Below, one piece after another: positions 20,064 to 29,955 of a stretch of 64,000 nt of DNA. The notes beneath the pieces are model-generated. The model saw only the letters and a list, made by a program, of their open reading frames with translations, made no database searches and was not told the origin of the DNA. Position numbers and translations under genes: made by a program. How positions within the stretch are numbered: position 1 is the stretch's first letter; each line of letters opens with the position of its first letter. This DNA is from Promethearchaeota archaeon (GTDB taxonomy: Archaea; Asgardarchaeota; Heimdallarchaeia; Hodarchaeales; Hodarchaeaceae), in assembly GCA_048938105.1 (NCBI GenBank), contig JBHLMN010000020.1:46627-110626 (forward strand). Direction: 5' to 3'.

Positions 20064-20657
20064 TTAAGATACAAATATACCACATTTAGTGCAGAAAGTT
20101 ACTCCAGGAGGAAGAGATGACCCACACTTTTTACATACCAATTCAGTCGCGGATTCTGATGCAGCTTCATCAATACCCAAGTATTTCTTGAGTACTAAAA
20201 TGAAGTTCATACTTGCGGGATAGGAAAAAGCATTTAAATCCAATTTCACTGTATCTTGATCTTTTAAATGGAGTTCTAACCATGTAATTGATACTGGTAT
20301 TCCTCCTCGTGACGTACGAACTGCAATATTTCCAATACTAGCAATATTTTCAATGTAAATAGTTCTAGATCCTAAAAAGCCCTTAATCACTATCCTTTCT
20401 GATGAATAAATAAGTTTTCTACCTAACATACGCCATACAAATAAAATAGCAATAAGAAGAAAAATAATCCCTAATAAGAAGTAAATTATTACGCCATTTA
20501 CAGTTGTTTGTTCAAGACTGGTGAGAATCATAAATAATCCTATTAGTACAAATAAAAAACCAAAGATCAGAGTGAAAAGTTTTATTATTATACTAGTACC
20601 TTCCATTTGTTCCATGTTATTACCGATTCTTTGAGAATTGTTTTGTGTTTTTTTCAT
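20064..20657 (-). CDS. 2-TM membrane protein with C-terminal zinc ribbon
   Basis: Two TM helices, beta-rich soluble domain, CKKCG...FCTKCG. Confidence 0.7.
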   Translation of the reverse strand: MKKTQNNSQRIGNNMEQMEGTSIIIKLFTLIFGFLFVLIGLFMILTSLEQTTVNGVIIYFLLGIIFLLIAILFVWRMLGRKLIYSSERIVIKGFLGSRTIYIENIASIGNIAVRTSRGGIPVSITWLELHLKDQDTVKLDLNAFSYPASMNFILVLKKYLGIDEAASESATELVCKKCGSSLPPGVTFCTKCGIFVS

Positions 20658-20849
20658 TTATATTGACATCCTGATTTCCTGGGTTCTTTATAATCATTGA
20701 TTGCTTTAACCATAGGAATAATAGATAAAAATGAGTCAATTATTCTTTATAAAGCCTTTAGAGGATAATAGATTCCGATTTGACTATTTTAAAAGACAGA
20801 ATCTATGTAAAAATAAAACCTTCGTAATGAAACAAGATTAAATCTCGGA

Positions 20850-21719
20850 TTATGATTTCATAGGAACACTCAATTGGATTTTAAATCGGTCGTAAGAAAT
20901 GAGTAAAATAGCAAGAGTACGTAAAATTGTTGTTAATTCTCTTTCTAACTCTAATGATTTAATAAAATGACATTTAATACCAAAACCATAGTTACCTCTT
21001 GTAATTGGAACTAAATTATCAATAAATGCTTGAACGGTTTTGTTTAATTCTTTTTCAGGCACAGTACCAGCAGTGATATTATTTTCTAGAACTACTATAA
21101 CAAATGGAATTGGACCTAATCCGTTATAACTCCATAATTCAGATATATGTTTATTTATTATTGTGTGAATGTCAGTTGTATCTGCAAAGGGGGGAAGAAT
21201 AATAATTCCAGCGTCGGAACCGCTTAATTCCATTTTCACTTCTTCAGAGTGTTTAGTGGTCACTACGGTTTTCAACGAATATTCTAGTTGTCTACCTCCC
21301 ACAGTTAAAGACTTCACTAAAGCTTTGAAGTTCTCAATTGAGGAATCGAGACTTATGATTGAAATTTGGTACTGATGAACAGGTTCTTCAATTTCTTGGA
21401 CTTCAGTGGGAGGTGTTGAAATTTTTTCAGAAATAATCTCCATAAGTTTTTCCTCCTTAGGAGATACCTGACGGGTTGCCCTAGTGAGGGATGTATGTTT
21501 TGAAAAACCATTAAGATCAATCCCTAATCGTTTTTCCCCATCTTCGTCTTCAATTAGGTTCCCCTGTTGAATTTTCATTAGCGTATTATAAATTGAAGAG
21601 GTACTTGATGTACTTAACAAATATTCGATTTTCTTCAAATTAAGCTGTTCATCTGAATTTGCCATGTTCATCACCAAAGTAACACTCGTACTTTTATCTT
21701 TATGGATATTTTTACACAA
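20850..21719 (-). CDS. Hypothetical protein with C-terminal degenerate small-GTPase-like domain
   Basis: GSDAGIIIL...HISELWSYNGLGPIPFVIVVLEN...CHFIKS follows the Ras-fold beta4-alpha3-beta5-beta6 pattern; no P-loop. Confidence 0.55.
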   Translation of the reverse strand: MCKNIHKDKSTSVTLVMNMANSDEQLNLKKIEYLLSTSSTSSIYNTLMKIQQGNLIEDEDGEKRLGIDLNGFSKHTSLTRATRQVSPKEEKLMEIISEKISTPPTEVQEIEEPVHQYQISIISLDSSIENFKALVKSLTVGGRQLEYSLKTVVTTKHSEEVKMELSGSDAGIIILPPFADTTDIHTIINKHISELWSYNGLGPIPFVIVVLENNITAGTVPEKELNKTVQAFIDNLVPITRGNYGFGIKCHFIKSLELERELTTILRTLAILLISYDRFKIQLSVPMKS

Positions 21720-21857
21720 AAGAGCTTGCCATTAATTACTATCTCATGTTAGAAATTTTACTTATATTTAAAAAGCTATTAATAAGAGAAAGTTTTTTTC
21801 TTTGAATAAATAAGCTAGAAGTATTCATCTGTAAGAAAACAGCAAGTGGAAATGTAG

Positions 21858-22385
21858 ATGAGCGAGTTCGGGTTACAAGATGAATTTTCTTTAAGAATAT
21901 CAGTTCTAAGTCACCCTGATGGCTATGCTAGTCAATTAATTAAGCTATTGCTAGAGAAATATTCCGATCAGTCCACTCATGAAAATATATCCGTCATATC
22001 CGCGAATATTTCCACTATAAAGTTATTTATATTGAATAATCCTGTTAAAATCATCTTAATTCAACCAATAAGTCAATATTTCACAAATAAATTACATTCA
22101 CGTTTTTACAAATCCCTAGCTGCAATGATTTTATTTTTTGACCATGATTCAGAAGTAGCTGCTAAAGTATTTTATCAAATCTATAGAAAAATAGCTGGAA
22201 CAACTAATCCAGTGGCTTTTGTGGAAGTCATAAATGATTCTAATAAGGAAATATTAATTAATGAACCAGAAATTTTGGAAAATGCTCCGTATGAGGCTTA
22301 TCATAGCATCAAGAGTGATGATGTAAACTCTTTTCAACGAATTTTAGAATCTCTTGTTAATCAATGTTACAAAAAGGAACATTGA
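21858..22385 (+). CDS. Rab/Ras-like pseudo-GTPase (G motifs degenerate)
   Basis: 175 aa; PVKIILIQPISQYFTNKLHSRFYKSLAAMILFFD aligns by eye to Rab VKLQIWDTAGQERFRxLxxxYYRGAxGIILVFD. Confidence 0.65.
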   Translation: MSEFGLQDEFSLRISVLSHPDGYASQLIKLLLEKYSDQSTHENISVISANISTIKLFILNNPVKIILIQPISQYFTNKLHSRFYKSLAAMILFFDHDSEVAAKVFYQIYRKIAGTTNPVAFVEVINDSNKEILINEPEILENAPYEAYHSIKSDDVNSFQRILESLVNQCYKKEH

Positions 22386-22423
22386 ATATTATATCTTAAT
22401 TCGTAGTTCTACGGTGTTTTAAG

Positions 22424-23224
22424 TTGAATGATTCGAAAACCTCTCCTGATACTAATTCTACTGTTTTATTTCAGATTGAGGATCAAATTGCAACAATAAC
22501 AATTAATCGGCCTGAAAAAAGGAATGCTTTGCGCATGAAAGAGTTTGAAGAGTTAATTGAAAGTATTAAAAAGGCTGATAACGATCCCAATGTTCATGTA
22601 ATTCGTATACGTTCTTCAGGAAGCAATGCTTTCTCTGCAGGTTTAGATTTAAATATGTTACAACAATTAACTCTTGAAGAAGTTCCCAAACTTGTCCAAT
22701 ACGGTGAAAATTTAGCAAGAACCATATTGAAAGCGAAGAAACCAGTCATTAATCAAGTTCAAGGACCCGCTGTTGCATGGGGTACAATCTTGTGTTTGGC
22801 AGCTGATTTTGTCATAGCAGGAGAAAACCCTAAGACTTTCTTTTCATTACCTGAAATTGATATCAATCTTTTTCCAGCAACAGGGGCTCTCACGATGGTG
22901 TTGTTTAAGATTGGATACAAACATGCCAAAAAAATATTGATGGTTCCTGAAAGGTTGTTTATAGATCAAGCTAAAGAAATCGGATTAGTTACGTTAACCT
23001 GTCCACTAGAAACTCTAGAACAGACTACAATCGAATTTTGTCAAAATTTGTCAAATAAACCTCAAGGAATCCTCATACCAATTAAGATATTGCTTAACAA
23101 CTTTCTGATAAAGGATTTAGAGTCCTATTTGGAAGTAGAAAAGGAAGCTCTCGAATTGGCAATGACTGGTGATCTAGATAAGTTTGATGGCTTTATCAAA
23201 AACCTTTGGAGCTCTACTAAGTGA
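22424..23224 (+). CDS. Enoyl-CoA hydratase/isomerase (crotonase) family
   Basis: ITINRPEKRNAL, FSAGLDL, KPVI..VQGPAVAWG, FSLPE. Confidence 0.92.
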   Translation: MNDSKTSPDTNSTVLFQIEDQIATITINRPEKRNALRMKEFEELIESIKKADNDPNVHVIRIRSSGSNAFSAGLDLNMLQQLTLEEVPKLVQYGENLARTILKAKKPVINQVQGPAVAWGTILCLAADFVIAGENPKTFFSLPEIDINLFPATGALTMVLFKIGYKHAKKILMVPERLFIDQAKEIGLVTLTCPLETLEQTTIEFCQNLSNKPQGILIPIKILLNNFLIKDLESYLEVEKEALELAMTGDLDKFDGFIKNLWSSTK

Positions 23225-23280
23225 TGAGAGGAAAGCTTGATGAGGTTCAAATCTCTTTAGAGTTCTATTAATAGGTGTGA

Positions 23281-24294
23281 ATGGCTTTGATAAAGAGAAA
23301 TGTTTCTGCTTTTTTGCTATCTTTCTCAATAATTATATTTCTAACAATAATTAATCCATTCACGACCTCTCTATCTTTTATAGAACATGCTTTTATTGAT
23401 AAAGAAAATCAAAATCTTAGTGATATTTCTGTGGCCTTTTATGATGGTGATGGAGCATGGGAGTATGGTAAGATTGTTATGACAAGTGTTTTTGAATGGA
23501 TGGGCTGTAATATCACAAAAATTCGTGGGGATGATATCAAAAACGGATGTTTGGACAAGTTTGATGTTCTGTATTGGCCAGGAGGCCATTATCCAGCATA
23601 CTGGGATGAAATGGGTTTAGAAGGAAAATCGAAAGTTCAGGAATTCATAAACGATGGAGGTGGTTATTTAGGGGTATGTGCTGGTGCATATTATGCCTGT
23701 GATTATATGGTTTGGATGGATGATGATGATTACCCCGCTCCTGAATATAAAGTGGAAGGAGATGAGTTGAATTTAGACCTATTTCCTGCGGTGGCATATG
23801 GCCCGATATTTGAGATAGTAGAGCGGCCTGATCCAGGATATGCTATGACTAGAATTGACATAATTGACCATACTCACCCTATTACTGACTCATTACCAGA
23901 TTACATGCAAATACTATACTCTGGGGGGCCTTATTTTGAACTATATGAAAACGCAAATGCTACGATATTGGGTAGGTATAATATAACAGGAACACCTGCA
24001 ATTACTGTATGCAATTATGGAGAAGGAAGGGTATTTTTGATAGGGCCTCATGCGGAAGTTGAAGAAAATAGCGACAGAGATGGCCAAGAACCGATATCAG
24101 AGTTATCTGATGAAGGATCAGATTGGCCTTTGTTGTTAGAGGCAATGAAATGGCTAATAAACTATGAAACTGAAGAGTCACATGACTCTACTTCTTCTAT
24201 TTCTGGTAAAAAATCCAAAATAACGCCAGGGTGGACATTAATTCTGATTATTTTTTCTATTGGAATACTAATCTTTAAAAAGGACAAAAATTGA
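23281..24294 (+). CDS. Secreted BPL-N (class I glutamine amidotransferase-like) domain protein with C-terminal PGW-TM anchor
   Basis: PGG, GGGYLGVCAGAY, GPHAE; signal peptide; TPGWTLILIIFSIGILIFKKDKN. Confidence 0.85.
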   Translation: MALIKRNVSAFLLSFSIIIFLTIINPFTTSLSFIEHAFIDKENQNLSDISVAFYDGDGAWEYGKIVMTSVFEWMGCNITKIRGDDIKNGCLDKFDVLYWPGGHYPAYWDEMGLEGKSKVQEFINDGGGYLGVCAGAYYACDYMVWMDDDDYPAPEYKVEGDELNLDLFPAVAYGPIFEIVERPDPGYAMTRIDIIDHTHPITDSLPDYMQILYSGGPYFELYENANATILGRYNITGTPAITVCNYGEGRVFLIGPHAEVEENSDRDGQEPISELSDEGSDWPLLLEAMKWLINYETEESHDSTSSISGKKSKITPGWTLILIIFSIGILIFKKDKN

Positions 24295-24335
24295 TTTCTG
24301 GATATTCCTAGTCTTATATTCTTACTTTTTCAAGC

Positions 24336-24842
24336 CTAATCAGGTTTTAAGTGCTTCCTGAAAACAAAATCAATTGTTTGTTTATGGAATAGAATAGTCA
24401 GTGCAAATACTCCCCAGAACATAATAACTATAATAGGAGAGGGGATAGCTGCGATAAGAAGCCAAGAGCTAAAGCTAGAATCGATTATTAGCATAATAAG
24501 TCGATAGAATATGTATAAACAGCTTATCACACCACTAGAATACAATCCTACAAGCATTAACCAACCAAAACGGCTTCTTATATAGGTTAACAATCCCCCA
24601 ATCAATCCTACCGTTCCAAAAAAGGTAAAAATAAAACCAAAAAGTCGTAAAGTATATCTTATGCTTAGTTCATCATATTCTCTTGTATCGTGTTCTAAAC
24701 CTTCCATGGTGGGTAAATTTATATTTAATAGTAGCAAAGGTAAGCCTAATACAAGCCCTAAAACAGCAAATAAAAGGGTTAAGATAATTGTAATTCTCAG
24801 TTTTGAAGGGAGAACATATTCTGTTTTTCTTTGATTGATCAT
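24336..24842 (-). CDS. 4-TM membrane protein
   Basis: Four hydrophobic segments. Confidence 0.65.
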   Translation of the reverse strand: MINQRKTEYVLPSKLRITIILTLLFAVLGLVLGLPLLLLNINLPTMEGLEHDTREYDELSIRYTLRLFGFIFTFFGTVGLIGGLLTYIRSRFGWLMLVGLYSSGVISCLYIFYRLIMLIIDSSFSSWLLIAAIPSPIIVIMFWGVFALTILFHKQTIDFVFRKHLKPD

Positions 24843-25097
24843 ATTTTATCAACTGCGGAATTTGTTAGTAATTACTTTGATAAAAAGCTTTGGACACATG
24901 AACTAGTCCTTATCCAGTCATAAAAACTCGTTAGTGGAGTTTTAATATCTTTAATTATTATCTGAACTCAAATTCTTCTGAATAATCTTCGGAGAAATTC
25001 AAAGAAAACATTGACCTACTCTTCTGATAACAAAGTTGGGTGGTTAAATGATAGTAAGGGAGTCTTGAATTAACTCAGATAATGGATGCAATAATAG

Positions 25098-25421
25098 ATG
25101 ACCAAGAAAATGATATCAGCTAAAGTGTTGAAATCATCCCATCATGAATGTCTATTTCTAATCACATCCTACGATGGCACAGTAACGAACTGTTTGACCC
25201 TAAAACTCTGGAACGAACCATGTCCACACCGCTGCCCATATTATAAAGCGGGACCTCCTGGGAGTCTGGAAGAACTAGAAATGCAACAGTATCTCATCGA
25301 TTGTAAAAAATTTAGTCGTAAATTGACCACCACAGGAAAAGCAATAGCCTATTGTAAGCTTCATCTGATGCGAGAACCACGCTGTCAGCAATGTAATTAT
25401 CCAAATCAGTCTAGTGAATGA
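25098..25421 (+). CDS. Small Cys/His-rich hypothetical protein
   Basis: 107 aa with 8 Cys (HHEC, C, CPHRCP, C, C, CQQC). Confidence 0.6.
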   Translation: MTKKMISAKVLKSSHHECLFLITSYDGTVTNCLTLKLWNEPCPHRCPYYKAGPPGSLEELEMQQYLIDCKKFSRKLTTTGKAIAYCKLHLMREPRCQQCNYPNQSSE

Positions 25422-25575
25422 AAATTATGTTCCCAAATCTTTGACAGATTGTTCCATGGAGTAAAGTAGTAAATTCAATTAATATGAGAGATTATAGTCT
25501 CTAAGTGAGATTGTTTAGTACAGTCACTACTGTCTCCTGATAAAACTATTAAGTATTTACTAGATTAGACAGGAA

Positions 25576-26169
25576 TTGGTGTGTGGTTTGACATTCCAAA
25601 TGGATGCTTTTGAAGAATTAATGACAAATCCCACAAAAACAGCAATATGGGCAGAAATATTCCGAAAACCTGGAATTACAGCAAAAGAACTCACTGAAAT
25701 ACTTAATTTCAAAAAAACTAAAACATACTACACATTGAAAGCGATGTTAAACTCTGGTTTAATCGAGGCTGAAATAATTACTGTGAAAGAATCTTTCAGC
25801 CTAAAAAAATACAGGATTAGTAAGGGGTTCGAGGAATTCCTGAAAAATAAGGAATTCCCCAAAGAGAAACCTAGAGAAGCCCAATTATTCCAACTATTAA
25901 TCATTCAATCATTGATAAATATTGAAATTAGAAAGATTTTAAATTCTACAAATGAGGAATTAAAGGAAAAAAAAGAGAAAATCTTGAAAAAAAATCGGCT
26001 TCCAACAGGAATTGGTGTAATACTTTATGCCATGGAGCGAGAACAAAAACTACTTAACGATTTTAACGAATTTTTAGAAACCAAAATCGATCTCAAGGAT
26101 ACTATAGATCCTGATACCTATGAAAAAATGTACGGATCATTCTTTTTTGGATTTGTTGGTTCTGAGTGA
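25576..26169 (+). CDS. Winged-HTH transcriptional regulator (ArsR-like)
   Basis: NPTKTAIW..IFRKPGITAKELTEIL...KTYYTLKAMLNSGLIE. Confidence 0.8.
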   Translation: MVCGLTFQMDAFEELMTNPTKTAIWAEIFRKPGITAKELTEILNFKKTKTYYTLKAMLNSGLIEAEIITVKESFSLKKYRISKGFEEFLKNKEFPKEKPREAQLFQLLIIQSLINIEIRKILNSTNEELKEKKEKILKKNRLPTGIGVILYAMEREQKLLNDFNEFLETKIDLKDTIDPDTYEKMYGSFFFGFVGSE

Positions 26170-26371
26170 TCAGTGTCATCTTCGTGGTATTAGAATCTCT
26201 CAAATATTGATTATATAACTTATTTACATGAAAAGAACCACGAATTAATATTCTTGACTCCTTTATCTCATTATTGCATGAAAAGCAAACTTTTTTAATT
26301 AATGTTCCGAAAAGTGATACGTTCCATGTTGTCGGAATATACTTTCAAATATAAGATATAGGGTATAAAAT

Positions 26372-26767
26372 ATGCCAGAAGACAAATTTAACGGTCAGGT
26401 AACCTTGTATGTTAGTAAAGTGGCCAAACCAGTACTAATTGAAAAGAATTGTAGTGAAGGACATTGTCATCAACCTGTGGTTAATCGAAGACTTGCACAG
26501 ATGACAAATAATCTAGAAGAAGAGTTCTATACAACTGAAACACAAAAAATAATAATTATTACAAAGAATTATTGTGAAAAACATAGGATCCCTCTGAAGA
26601 TTCAAGATATAACTGGTCCTGGAAGGCGACTAAAATATATGTTATCAAAGAGAATTCTTAGAACCCCAGCATTAGAAGTTAATGGAATGAAAGAAAAGCT
26701 TAGGCTAAAATCATCCCCATCAATCAGCTCGAAAACCATAACAGAATTCTTGGATATGCTACTATAG
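26372..26767 (+). CDS. Hypothetical protein, possible thioredoxin/glutaredoxin-like fold
   Basis: KIQDI...ILRTPALEVNG cis-Pro-like motif; CSEGHC. Confidence 0.5.
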   Translation: MPEDKFNGQVTLYVSKVAKPVLIEKNCSEGHCHQPVVNRRLAQMTNNLEEEFYTTETQKIIIITKNYCEKHRIPLKIQDITGPGRRLKYMLSKRILRTPALEVNGMKEKLRLKSSPSISSKTITEFLDMLL

Positions 26768-26879
26768 TAGAATATTGTTTGTTTCGTCTTTCATCTAACT
26801 TTTCTTCTATTTACCAATTGTAAAGCTTCACTTGAATAGATGACAATACTTATAAGAATGGAAATAGTAGCTTATACAA

Positions 26880-27596
26880 TTGCGAATGAGTTTTGTGATT
26901 ACTAATATAGGCGTAACTACCTTAGAGTTTTTGCATCCACAATGGTTAGTACTCGTTTTTTCCTTCATTATTATTTGTGAATTTCTCTTATTCCTCTTCT
27001 TATGGCATGACCTGAAGATTTCGTTCAAAGTTGCTTTTTTCGGTAATATTGGGTCAGCTCTAATAGGTCTTCTTATTGCTCCTAGCCCTCTTTTCGAATA
27101 TATATGGAAAGGGGTCATGAATGTAGGGTTCCTCTTTTCAATGCAATCTTATCATGAAATGATTAATAATATTTCTCTGTTAAGCATGTACATATTACTA
27201 GGTTTACTACTTGAAACAATAGCAGTTGAGTTTATTATTGCTCAACTGTTAAATGCACCAGAAATAGATTTACTCAAAAAAATTACCATTCCAAATATAG
27301 TAACTTATACCACGATTATTTGTCTCGCTTTGTTCATTGGAATGTCAGTAGAAACGTCTCCGATGGAGAATCTTCCACTAAATCTCTACTGGTTTATTAA
27401 TACACCTGATACTCTCTGGTCTATAATAATTCTAATGTATTTCGAGTTGATCATCATTCTGATCATGCCAGTAATGTTTGTTTATTATATTATAAAAGAA
27501 TTAGATGTCCTCACTAATATTCGAAGGATTAAATCGAGAAAGAAAACTGTTCTTTCCAATAGACATGTTTTACGCCAAGAAAAAAGCCTTGATTAA
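26880..27596 (+). CDS. Multi-pass membrane protein
   Basis: About 5 TM segments. Confidence 0.6.
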   Translation: MRMSFVITNIGVTTLEFLHPQWLVLVFSFIIICEFLLFLFLWHDLKISFKVAFFGNIGSALIGLLIAPSPLFEYIWKGVMNVGFLFSMQSYHEMINNISLLSMYILLGLLLETIAVEFIIAQLLNAPEIDLLKKITIPNIVTYTTIICLALFIGMSVETSPMENLPLNLYWFINTPDTLWSIIILMYFELIIILIMPVMFVYYIIKELDVLTNIRRIKSRKKTVLSNRHVLRQEKSLD

Positions 27597-27691
27597 ATAC
27601 CTTCAAGTCATTTATTTTATTAGTTCAATTAAACAAAGCATAAGAACTATCATATAATTCCTAAATATTATAATAAAAGCTTATGTGACTG

Positions 27692-28828
27692 CTAAACCGA
27701 ATCCATGACTTTTCGTAATTCTGTCCTCATGGCTTCATGCAACGCGGTTGAAAATTTAATAAAAATTCTGTAATAGTATATATTATCCTCAAAGAATTTC
27801 CTAAGTCTTTCTTTCTCTGTCTTATCTTTTTCTTCAATCACATTTACTTTTTCTAGATCAGGTAGAAACTTTTTTTGCATCATCATTTGGATTTGGGTAT
27901 AATAACCTTGAACCCGACTCAATTTTCCCACGCCATAAGTTTCAAGATTCGCAGCTCCTTTATAATATTTTTTTCTATCCCCAGGTTTCTTCACTACTTG
28001 AACTACAGCTAATTCTTCCATCTTTGATAAGGCTTGAGACACATTGGTTCGATTGCTTTTAGTTATACCCATGAGCTCATCTTGGGTTACTGGTTCATAT
28101 TCGAGAAACATTGCCAAGAAAACACTGATTAGATCTTCATTTCCTCCTATTAGCTCTGTACTTAAGTTAATCATATTAGAAATAAAATCTTGTTTAATAT
28201 TTAACAGAGTATCCTCTTTAGGTGTAATTTCCTGAGAGATTAGAGGAAGATGAATCTCCTTTAGCAAAGTAGAAAAGTTTGGATTGAAATCTGGGTCTTC
28301 AAGCATTTGGTTAAGAAAGGGTTCAGATTTGCTAAAAACTTCTTTATAATAATAGATAGCGGTATAAAGATACAATAAAGTGCTGCGAATATGTGAAATA
28401 CTTGGTGTTTGAGGCGATAATCTATCCAATCGGGCTATTAGTTCTGGCATGAATTCCAGACTCATCTCAGAAGCAGCCATAACTGCAAGAAAGTTGTGTT
28501 TAATGTATGGCTCCAAAGATATTGGGCAATAATAGTATTTTTTTCGATTATGGGGCTTTTTAGTCTGAAGAATTGGGAATTCGCTTAAAATAATTGAAAT
28601 ACGTGACAGTGCTTTAGCAATCGTTGGTTTAGTAAAACCAGTAAGTACCTCTAAATCATCTGCAGTCAAATAATTCTCAAGCATTAAAGCAAATATAATA
28701 CCAGTGATTGTCTCATCATATGCCATAACACTGTAAATTTGCATCATATACTGAACATAATCGATTTTTACTTGAATAAAAGGATTATTGTCTTCCATTC
28801 GTTCCTTCACGTCACGAAAGGTGTTCAT
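27692..28828 (-). CDS. GbsR/MarR-type regulator with two tandem wHTH units
   Basis: LTADDLEVLTGFTKPTIAKAL...KKPHNRKKYY and VTQDELMGITKSNRTNVSQAL...KKPGDRKKYY. Confidence 0.85.
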   Translation of the reverse strand: MNTFRDVKERMEDNNPFIQVKIDYVQYMMQIYSVMAYDETITGIIFALMLENYLTADDLEVLTGFTKPTIAKALSRISIILSEFPILQTKKPHNRKKYYYCPISLEPYIKHNFLAVMAASEMSLEFMPELIARLDRLSPQTPSISHIRSTLLYLYTAIYYYKEVFSKSEPFLNQMLEDPDFNPNFSTLLKEIHLPLISQEITPKEDTLLNIKQDFISNMINLSTELIGGNEDLISVFLAMFLEYEPVTQDELMGITKSNRTNVSQALSKMEELAVVQVVKKPGDRKKYYKGAANLETYGVGKLSRVQGYYTQIQMMMQKKFLPDLEKVNVIEEKDKTEKERLRKFFEDNIYYYRIFIKFSTALHEAMRTELRKVMDSV

Positions 28829-28928
28829 TGCGTCGTTTTTAAATTTTTCGTTTTTTTCGAATTTTTGTCATTTTCAAAAGCTTTTTAAAGTATAATTTTG
28901 TTCACTCAAATAGAATCAAATTCATTAG

Positions 28929-28945
28929 TTGCGTCAGTTACGCAA
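28929..28945. promoter_or_regulatory. Palindromic operator TTGCGT-CAGTT-ACGCAA
   Basis: Perfect 6-5-6 inverted repeat between the GbsR-type gene and the divergent ABC operon. Confidence 0.55.
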
Positions 28946-29004
28946 TTAAGAAAACTTTGGAAAAAAACTTTAAGAAAATAAAAATTCAAACGGAGTAAAA
29001 AGAA

Positions 29005-29946
29005 TTGAGTAAAAGTGTTGGTGAACCTGTTCTCCAAGTTTCTGACCTGACTAAAATCTATGGTCGGGAATTTAGTCTTGGGGACAGAAATTTCATGGGC
29101 CAGCGCGTCGTTGGCGCCCAAAATGTCTCTTTCTCGGTCAAAAAAGGCGAGATCTTCGGTTTTTTAGGTCCTAATGGTGCAGGTAAAACCACAACTATGC
29201 GTGCTATCTTGGATTATTTGAAAATCCAAACTGGTGAAGTTACTATTTTTGGACTTGATCATCATCGCGATCGTCTTGCGATTCGGAAATGTATTGGGTA
29301 TGTTCCTGGTGACATGGCATTATTTGAAAACTTTACGGGCAAAGAACTCCTTGAATATTTTGGTAAATTTCGACCTATTAACGAAGATTTCCTCAATGAA
29401 CTTCAAGCTAATTTTCGTGTTAAGCTCGAAAAGAAAATTAAGGCGTTATCTACAGGTAATCGTCAACAAGCAGGACTGATTGCCGCTTTAGCCTCGAAAC
29501 CTGACCTCCTCATTCTTGATGAACCTACAAGTGGCCTTGATCCGTTGATGACTGCTAATTTTCATCGAATTCTTAGAAAGCTTAGGGATGAAGGGTACAC
29601 GATCTTTCTGAGTTCTCATGATCTCGCTGAAGTTCAAGCTGTCTGTGATCGTGTTGGGATCATCAAGGAAGGGAAAATGATTCTAGTAGAGGCGGTTGAA
29701 GACCTCAAAGCAAAATTTATGCAAAAAGTTACTGTGAGATTTAATGGTACATCTGTTCCAGAGGAAAATGACATCAGACAATTAGAAACCGTTATTTCCG
29801 TTGAACGGACAAAAAATGATACCTTTGTTTTACAAATCAAAGAAGATGTGAATGAATTGATTAAATGGCTTTCAAATTATGAGATTAAACGTTTTACCTG
29901 TGAGGATGCCACTCTAGAAGAAATTTTCCTCCATTATTACGAATAG
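29005..29946 (+). CDS. ABC-2 type exporter ATP-binding protein
   Basis: GPNGAGKTT, LSTGNRQ, LILDEPTSGLDP, SSH. Confidence 0.95.
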   Translation: MSKSVGEPVLQVSDLTKIYGREFSLGDRNFMGQRVVGAQNVSFSVKKGEIFGFLGPNGAGKTTTMRAILDYLKIQTGEVTIFGLDHHRDRLAIRKCIGYVPGDMALFENFTGKELLEYFGKFRPINEDFLNELQANFRVKLEKKIKALSTGNRQQAGLIAALASKPDLLILDEPTSGLDPLMTANFHRILRKLRDEGYTIFLSSHDLAEVQAVCDRVGIIKEGKMILVEAVEDLKAKFMQKVTVRFNGTSVPEENDIRQLETVISVERTKNDTFVLQIKEDVNELIKWLSNYEIKRFTCEDATLEEIFLHYYE

Positions 29947-29955
29947 GTGATGTGA

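Noticed and set aside
24921-25077. Several short hairpins in an intergenic gap as a structured ncRNA
   Set aside because: Short AT-rich stems are expected by chance; no family motif recognised
26302-26340. ATGTTCCGA...TCGGAATAT inverted repeat
   Set aside because: Single 8/9 match with a long spacer; insufficient support
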